A stretch of DNA of 64,000 nucleotides from Eledone cirrhosa (taxonomy: Eukaryota): contig OZ024743.1 of the NCBI GenBank assembly GCA_964016885.1, positions 268,646,001 to 268,710,000 of the forward strand, in the 5' to 3' direction. Position numbers and translations under genes: made by a program. The notes beneath the pieces are model-generated. The model was not told where the DNA came from and searched no databases. It saw nothing but the letters and a program-made list of their open reading frames with translations. Shown here piece after piece: positions 54,989 through 64,000 of the stretch. The number at the start of each line of letters is the position of its first letter. Within the stretch, counting starts at the first letter, position 1.

Positions 54989-55045
54989 CGTTTCATATGC
55001 TACTACTGTTGTTGTTGTTGCTGTTGTTTCACATGCTACTGTTGA
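53578..55045. repeat. Minisatellite: constant TCACATGCTACT spacer alternating with variable (GTT)n
   Basis: Dozens of ~24-42-bp units; the long ORFs (VACETTTT / LLLLFHM) are by-products. Confidence 0.92.
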
Positions 55046-55244
55046 TATCGTCAGCATTGTTGATGCTATTGTTGTTGTAGTTGTTGTTATTGTTGTTACT
55101 TATGGCTATTGACAGTTCTGGAGATAGTGGAGGTGGTGGGGAATGGTGGTAGTTGTGATGGAGTGGTTGTGGATGCAGTAGTAACGGTAATGGTCTTGGT
55201 GTATGATGGTCTTAAATATGTATGAGTGAAGTGTGTTGCTTTCA

Positions 55245-55303
<59 letters not shown>

Positions 55304-55304
55304 A

Positions 55305-55341
<37 letters not shown>

Positions 55342-55862
55342 GTCGGTGGCGGTAGTGCACTAGGGGTGGTATTTTGGTGACGCTGTTGGTGCAATAATAT
55401 GTATAGATGATTGGTGTTTATGGCGGTGATGTTAGTGGTTGTGGTGGTAGTGGCGTTGTTGTTGTTAGTGGTGGTGGTGTTGGTGTTAGTGTTGGTAGTG
55501 GTGTTTGTGGTGTCGACAGTATGGTGGCGTGTTGGTGCATGTAACGTGGAGGTCGTAGTGGGTATGTATATATGATTGAGGTGGTAGAGAAGTTTGAGTT
55601 GATGGAGTGTGCGCCTGTGTAAGATTATGGTGGAGTGGTGGTGGAGGTGGAGTGGAGGTGGACGTGAATGTGTTGGTGTTGTTGATAAGGATGGCGTCAC
55701 GAGCACTCTATCTCAAAATTATTTTTGAAAAGCATAAGAAATACGCAACCGGTAAAATCTTAAAACTAAAACTGAATACTAACTTTACTTATTACTAATT
55801 TATACTTATTCCTAATTAAACTATTTTTCATTTTGAAAAATTTGTCAGCGTTTTCTTTTCCT

Positions 55863-56177
<315 letters not shown>

Positions 56178-56669
56178 TGTGGCTGAGATTGTAATGGTGG
56201 TAGTGGTTATAAGGTGTGGTCATTGTAATTACGTTAGCGTCGGCGGCGCTTGTAATAGAGGTGGCATTTATATGGCCGTGGTGTTGGAATGTTGCTGGTC
56301 GGCAATCCCACACTCTCCCTTCCACCCTCACCCCTGCCGTTACTGCTGCTGCTGCTGTTGTTGCTGCTACGGCTGCTGCTGCAGCTGCTGCTGAGGATAA
56401 TGATGCTGATGTTGATGATGATGATGATGAAGTTGGTGCTACAGGCAGAGATTTCGGTGGTGATTGATGAAGATGTTCATGATGGTGATGATGGTGGTGA
56501 TGATGACGACCACAATGAGAATGATCGTGATCATGATGACGATGATGATGATGATAAGAATCCTGAGAATGATGACGATGAAGATGACGCTGACGACAAA
56601 AGTCCATCACGCTGATCATTATGATGATGATGATGATCATCATCATCATGATCATGATACTGCTGCTAC

Positions 56670-56746
<77 letters not shown>

Positions 56747-56863
56747 GTGGTGGTGTTGTTGATTATGAAAACGGTGATGATTAAGATAAAAATGATGATG
56801 ATGGTAATGTTCATGATGTTGATGGCTATGATAATGATGATGATGATGCCGATGATGATTATA

Positions 56864-56898
<35 letters not shown>

Positions 56899-57102
56899 AG
56901 TGGTATTGCTGCTGGTAGTGGCATTGCAATTTACTCCCTGGACAACACATCGCTGGAAGGAGAAAAGATCGATACAAAGGTGAAACTGTCCATCAATCAA
57001 CCTCGTCTCTCCTGGTTGTAGGCTTCCCTTCCATCCTTCTTTCCTTCACCTTTATCTCTTCCCCAAACTCAGGCATGCTCATCTTCTCTTTAGCTATCGC
57101 AG

Positions 57103-57190
<88 letters not shown>

Positions 57191-57373
57191 TGTGTGTCTG
57201 TGTGTGCGTGTGTGCGTGTGTGCATGGATGCATGTATATATGTATATATATATATATAAACATGCATACATATTTAAACAAATATATATACACACGCATA
57301 CATGTATAGACAAATAGATAGAAATGTGATACTATCTATCTCTCTCTCTCTCCCTCTATATATATATATATAT

Positions 57374-57406
<33 letters not shown>

Positions 57407-58196
57407 GTATATGTATATGTATGTATGTATTTATATGCGCTTATGTGTATATGTTTGTATGCATGTGTATGTAGTTATGTATATATATATATAGAGAGAG
57501 AGAGAGGGAGAGAGAGGGAGAGAGAGAGGGAGAGAGAGAGAGAGAGGGGGGGGGGGGTAATAGAGAGGTGGAAGGGAGAGAGAGAGTGTGTAAGTGAGAA
57601 AGTCCAATGGATGAATGTATCCCGCTATCTTTCTGTCTAATATATCTTTCTATATATCTATATATCTATATATCTATATATCTATATATCAATATATCTA
57701 TATAAAGGTCTGTGAATAAGGCTGAAATATATTTAAGACTTCGCTGGACTGACGAAGCGAGCCACAAGGAGAATACCATCAAGCGCTTGGTGTGAGTCAC
57801 GTGATTTATATTGCTATCAGCCAACGATCTCGCAGCCATTATCATCATCGCTACATTTGTAGTGATTATTGTTGAAGCTGTTCTTCTATTTTTCTTCTAT
57901 TCCTCTTCATCAACAACATATCCGTCGTCGACAACACCATTACCATCAGCATTCTGCCATCAGCATCGTCGTAGTCGTCGACATTTTAATCATCGTCGTC
58001 TTTATCATCATCATCGTCTTCATCATCATCATCGATATCGTGGTCATCGTCGTCTTTCTCGTAGTCGTCGTCGTAATCTAACGCCGAGCTATGTAAAAAT
58101 TCACTGATGCTACATTTTTGTCATCTTCGTCGTTATATTCCTTTTTTCCTTTATTAGAGTATATACACACACATATTCATACATAGTACAAACATG

Positions 58197-58325
<129 letters not shown>

Positions 58326-59196
58326 ATTTGTGTATAATTATCTATATATAAATGTGTATTTGATAGTTGTATGAATCCAATAATTGTTTCTACTTTTGGC
58401 ACAAGGCCAGCAATTATCCCAGTGCATTACTGGTACTTTATTTTATCGACCCCGTAAGGATGAAAGGCAAAGTTCACCTCGGCGGGATTTGAATCCAATA
58501 ATGATATGGAATCACTTAGAAGCGTACACGACGAGCTACTCTCATACGAATGAACATTAAGAGAGTGATTCTATTAAACTCATGTACATTTCACTGATGT
58601 CTGCACGCTATTTCGTAATCATTATTAGGCTGGCATAGCTTCTTCAGTCGGCCTGGTATGGTAAGAGACCAGATGACGCGATGTACGTGGGTCTCTCAAG
58701 TAACTATACCAACAATATTATATGATTTTTGCGTAACCTCCAAAATCATACCAGTCGAAGCTACGATTACATAACAAGGTGCAGATATCATGGAAATGTA
58801 CATAATGCTAAAAAATGTAATTATGTAATAACGCAACCTTGTCTAAATATCAATTCATATATACATTTACCGCGCGGTTAAACCACTGGGAGTGTAGGAC
58901 CCCTAGCCTTCTAGGAGAAGGCAACTCAGGAAAGTGGGATAACTCCGATATAAAACATGCGGCTCAGTAGTTACCAATGATGTTGATCTTTTCTTCTTTT
59001 CGGGTTATAGCTACTATCGCTCAGAGAGTGGGATTGGCTCAGTGCACAGTCTTTCCTCAATTTAAAAATAAATCTTCACGCACAGGCATTGCACGATGGC
59101 ATTATGGCATTAGTTAATAATTATTAATAATGTTATATTGTGCAATGGCCATACTCGATAACGAGGGGGCAGCCATCATATATATATATATATATA

Positions 59197-59349
59197 ACGA
59201 AGGAAATGTGGTATGGAACCAGGTGGACCATAACGCACCAAAGTACTCAATACTTAGGGTAGTAGAGTGGGTAATAGGAACGAGTAGGACCCCTGTCCAG
59301 AATTAGCCGTCGAAACGGCTTGAGCTCAGCCGTCGGGGTCCTACTCGTT

Positions 59350-59354
<5 letters not shown>
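59197..59354. mobile_element. Fold-back element of the 6731 family in (TA)n
   Basis: Same leader; 20-bp inverted repeats ATAGGAACGAGTAGGACCCC / GGGGTCCTACTCGTTCCTAT. Confidence 0.8.
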
Positions 59355-59387
<33 letters not shown>

Positions 59388-59430
59388 AACGAGTAGCTAA
59401 ACATAGCATCTTTCATAATGTTATTTCTGC

Positions 59431-59480
<50 letters not shown>

Positions 59481-59619
59481 GCAGAAATAACATTATGAAA
59501 GATGCTATGTTTACATAAAACTTTTCTTCACTATAGTTATTTCTATGGTGACCCGTATGCATTTACGGCGGAGAAGTTGCATATATTGCTGGCATGGGTG
59601 CGATTTCATCAGATGAATT

Positions 59620-61525
59620 TACGTTTATGTGATATGCTGTTGGCAAAACATGTTCTCCCTCTTGTGTGTCGGACTCTCGGGCACACAAAAAGAAGAACAT
59701 GACCGAGGAAAGAAGGCCGCACTGTTTCGTCGGCAGCGACATCGACGCATTTGCGAGCCTTCTACCATCAGCTGAAATGCAAGGGTGGTAAGCCTCCACT
59801 GCCATCGGCACCGGGGTGGGGACCACTACCAAGATCAACACCAGCATCGGCAACACCACCACCGGCAACACCACAAACCAGAAATGCCACCACAAACTTT
59901 GACAACACATGAGAAAAGCTTCCCTCTTCCAAATACTCACATTGACACAAGCACAAACACAAACGCACACACACAGACACAGGCACCTCGTCTTCCAGTA
60001 GCGAAGACGAGTCAAAAGAAAAAGCAAAGAAACAAAAGAGGAAGCACAAGAGAAAAAACTTCACATATCTCACACACAGCCACAAGAGTAAATGCCGACA
60101 CCACTCAAACAACAAACACAAACACTTCCACAACAACACCACCACAACCACCACCATCACTAATAATCAAACGCAAACAACCACAACAAACTCAAAAACA
60201 AAACAAGACTCACAACTTCATGCTAGTAAGATGGGCCAACAAGGATTTAATGGCCCTGATAGCCTGAAGGCAAGACATAGAAAAGGAGGGTGAGATATTT
60301 GGAACGAGCACATTTCACGTGCCAGAAGATTTACTACTATATCGTTCGACTCATCCAAAGCGATTAAAGAGAGCTTTCCTCGAGATGTCGGAACTACGAA
60401 TGTGAAACCCACATCAAGACTTTTAAAGGTGTCCCTAAAATAACCCCATAAATTATGGAAGTCGAACAACCTGACCTCCACAAGGCCCCGGGGGTAAGTA
60501 AACCTTTCATCTCTCTCTCTCTTTTAGTCTACTAACATGGCCATCCTAAGAGTAGGATGTTTGAATGTTCGTGACGTGGGGTCGTCCGGGAAGCAGGGTC
60601 GCCTCCTCAATGACCTCGGTTCACTAAATATGAATGTGATTGCCGTCAGCGAGACCAGGATTTTCGACATGCGCTCATTAGCCCCTATTTTCGACGACTA
60701 TCAGATCTTTGCATCTCTTAGTCGGGAATGGGAGGTGGGATGGCAGTGCTGTCGTAAGTTTGTTGTTATTTCTCTTGTTATCCAACGTGTTTTATCCAAC
60801 ATGTTGAATTATTTTATAGTTAAATTAACTAGGAATTTTGTGAGCTGTTTAGTTATTCTCTACCTGTAGCCCTTACGGTGTAAACTTGTGTTTGTTTTCC
60901 ATACACACCCCTCATTTCTTTTTAAATTGCCTTGTCCAGGCATTACTGACTGATGGAGTTTTATCAAACAGCTTTTATCGCGTGTAGGACGGATCTGGAT
61001 ATCGCTCGACTATCGTAAATATCGCCCCGCCGCCTGCTTTGGGGCCAGGAAGTACAGGCAGTTTGTCTCTGTTTGGTGGCTCTAGCGAAAGTGGTTGAAT
61101 GGCGGGTGTGATTGAAATAACTGAAAACAGACACTTTGCTCCTAGGCCGGGCCTTCATGAACTTTTTCTATCTACTTGGAGAGAGAAGTGATACCCCACA
61201 GTACATTTGTTAAAAGGTGGATGAATTTAGCGAGAAAGGACCGAGTGAATGAGCCTACTCTGAGCATGTGCATTTAGACTGGAGGATTCAGATAGGAAAG
61301 ATGCATCTTCCTTAGGTTCTCTTGGCAATCTGGATGGTTTCACATCTGTGAGATTTCTAAACTAACTCTGGGTGTTACCCCGCCTGTTGGGGAATTCTGT
61401 TGTTAATTATTTATTGTTAATTGGTACATATTTTCCTCATTCTACACGTTTTTATATAAATTCCCACTGTCCTTGTTCTTTTGTATTGCTCTATAAGTTT
61501 ATGTCCAAGTGGATAATAAAGAAAT
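59620..61525 (+). mobile_element. Old, internally deleted L1/Tx1-type copy related to 17827-22838
   Basis: RRPHCF ORF1 remnant; ORF2 start MAILRVGCLNVR..ETRI (60537); C-terminal remnant AVCLCLVALAKVV..WMNLAR..RVN (~61055-61275); 3' AATAAAGAAAT. Confidence 0.75.
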
Positions 61526-63170
61526 GATTATTTGCTGGCTCAAAATGAGTAGAACGTCAAATAAAATGTTTTAACATATTTAATTTCGTTCTGATTTGCG
61601 ACCAACTTTACTTTTCATCCTTCCGGCAATCGATACAATAAACACCAGTCAAGTACTAGGATCAATGTAATCGACTAATTTCGCTCATAAATTATTTTGA
61701 CGTTTGACTATATATTAAAAATCATTATTTTATAAAACATCGATAGATATTATACGATTATTGTAAATTTTCTGTTCAACTCGTTCCCAACTCACTAATT
61801 AAGGAGAAATATATAGTTTGTGGATAAACTTGCCCATGGGTATACAGATGTTACTGAACACTGTCTAGAAATTTACGTATTTCCTTATGAAATCTGAGCA
61901 AGTATTCCTATTGGAGAAGGCGGAAGCTAATAGGATACGTTCCAAAACTCTGTCCAAATCCTTATTATCATTTACTTCATCCTCCTATTTAATGTGCAAT
62001 TGTAGAGATATATTTAGTAACTATGACACCATGAAGTGTTAGTATTTGCTGCCGGCACTAATTAATTAGTATCGCTAAGTGGCCTTCAGCTGCAACGTCT
62101 GAGATCTGGCGTTTTGTTTTAATTGCAAAATTTTAATTAACAACCGGAATGGATATTTAGCATACTAAAGTCAAATAAATTAACGGCAGGAAAAGTCAGC
62201 TGCAGATGGTGAAATCGATGACGCCTCATCAACTAGACCGAAAGTTCGTATCATATGGTTAGTGGTGCGTCCTCCACCACAGGCAAATGCGCCAACGAGG
62301 AATCCACTAGGAGGTCAATTGAATTGCTTGAAATAGCAGTTAAATCATCCGTATATCTCACCTTCATTATATCAAATCAAGAAATAACATATAAGATTAA
62401 ATAGTTCTTGAGTAGCTATGCCTCGAAAGACTAATGTTTTGATTTCCATAGCTAAAAGATCATAACTTTAAGCATTCAGATCTGGCCTATAGTAAAACAT
62501 CAAAAACTACTAATGAAACCAACTACACAACCTGGTTGTTCGTTCCATCTGTAGGTACGATGCACTTTTGGAAGTAATGAGAATCACTGTAGGATATATA
62601 AAAATATTTCACTCATAGTTTGAACACTGTTGATCAAAGATTGAGTCCATCAAAGTTTAAGTTAAGCAACAACAATAACGGGCCTAACATCATAAAGGGG
62701 GACATTACAAATATTATGATGATCTGAAAGCAAGGACTAAGATGCAACTGTCACAGTATAGCTGTCTTCCTGCTGAAAGGCAAATGCATTGAAGAAATAT
62801 GATATAATGCACCACAATAATTCGTTTCTCTACAGCCATCTGGAAAATTCTAAGTCTCTATTAAAGCATATTTGGAAATGAAATGATGCTGGAAAGTTCT
62901 CACCAAAATATCCTAGACTTAACTTACAGCCAAATACGAAAGTTTCTGCTGATCGACTACGAACATGAAACATATTGATGCTTGATAAAAAGGATATTAC
63001 GTTGTTGACGACATATTAAAGGCGACAAACAATATCCAATCTGATGGCTGGTAATGTTTATTTATTTTTCATTATACTCTACTCATTCAATGTATATATA
63101 ATTGAACGCAACTTTTATGTCTGCTTATACAAGTATACAAGCATACATGCATATATATATATATATATAT

Positions 63171-63289
63171 AATATAGAAATCACTTCTACAGGATTAGAA
63201 CTGTTTCGGAAGAAATCATCCGGAAAGCTTTCCTGGTTATTTCTTCCGAATTAAACAGTTCTAATCCTGTAGAAGCCATTTCTATATTA
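63171..63289. mobile_element. Fold-back palindrome adjoining (TA)n
   Basis: AATATAGAAAT..CTTCTACAGGATTAGAACTGTTT..AAACAGTTCTAATCCTGTAGAAG..ATTTCTATATT. Confidence 0.8.
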
Positions 63290-63355
63290 GACATTTATAC
63301 TCTACTATGTATTGAGTACCTAACTTACTGTGGTTACCCTCGATTGAACCCGGGA

Positions 63356-63386
<31 letters not shown>

Positions 63387-63395
63387 ATATATATA

Positions 63396-63650
63396 GTGGA
63401 AACTTCTGGTGTCCTCGGCCCCAGGGCTACCTCCTTACTCACCACCATAGGCGCTAAGCTGGCCAGCCGCAGGTGTGAGCCCCGCGAGTTGGAGTGGCTT
63501 TTCCAGCGCGTCTCCCTTGCCGTCCTCCGGGGAAACGCCTTCTCCATTCTGTCGGCCGGGGCTGTGGGTGGGCCCCATCGCGTACCAATACATTAGTTAA
63601 GTACCATTCTTTCATCTGATACAACACAATAAAGACAGTGTGAAGCTATA
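63396..63650 (+). mobile_element. 5'-truncated CRE-like retrotransposon 3' end
   Basis: VETSGVLGP.A..L..IG..LFQRVSLAVLRGNAFSI is the typical CRE-clade C-terminus; AATAAA at ~63628; flanked by microsatellites. Confidence 0.75.
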
Positions 63651-64000
63651 ACATATATACATACATACATTATACACACGACACTCAGCTTTATAATAAT
63701 ATGGATACCCAGTGATACATAGCTATAACGTAGCGCCCTTATATGTCTCTGTATGTCTGGTTGTCTACATTAGATAACGTTTTTCGAAATATTTACTTCT
63801 GCGTTCACAGACGGATTTTTTTTACTTCAGAAGATCCGGTTAAGGGTGAAAGCAGCGATTCTTTGCTTAAACTTTAATCTGTTATTTTAATATATATATT
63901 TTTGCATACACAAAAACAAAAACCTATTTATTTCACGAAAGCGCAAACGGCATATCGTCATTGCTACTGTTCGAGGTTAGAGGACCACAGTCTTTCCAAG

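Noticed and set aside
53578-55045. CRISPR-like repeat-spacer appearance
   Set aside because: The variable parts are (GTT)n rather than unique spacers; eukaryotic context, no cas genes.
58600-58652. Minus-strand CTGAAGA..GAAA
   Set aside because: No UH site and no stem I complementarity.
62690-63050. Faint resemblance to an LTR-retrotransposon RT/RNase H junction
   Set aside because: Too many stops and frameshifts to support without a profile search.

Overview
AT-rich, microsatellite-saturated eukaryotic DNA, most likely a cephalopod/octopus genome (inferred from SINE families and repeat composition). No host gene can be called with confidence. Most listed ORFs are artefacts of (TA)n/(CA)n/(CAA)n/(GAT)n tracts. 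Real coding content is transposon-derived: a Penelope-like element (RT + C-terminal GIY-YIG) present twice inside a ~9.5-kb near-perfect palindrome (22839-32328), a near-intact L1/Tx1-type LINE, a decayed RTE LINE, and remnants of hAT, CRE-like and R4-like elements, plus many tRNA-derived SINEs. The main non-obvious signal is non-coding. I read by eye more than 20 type I hammerhead ribozyme (HHR) motifs, intact or degenerate, from about a dozen families, nearly all with a short palindromic stem III. They sit in ~415-590-bp tandem or terminally redundant units (retrozyme-like) or in short fold-back palindromes embedded in (TA)n. One family shows stem covariation across diverged subfamilies. Another carries a compensatory U3-A8 core. 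Inversion junctions repeatedly fall at or just 5' of the ribozyme. Together this suggests a ribozyme-bearing, (TA)n-targeting set of non-autonomous retroelements served by Penelope-like RTs. All structures were read manually, and activity is untested.
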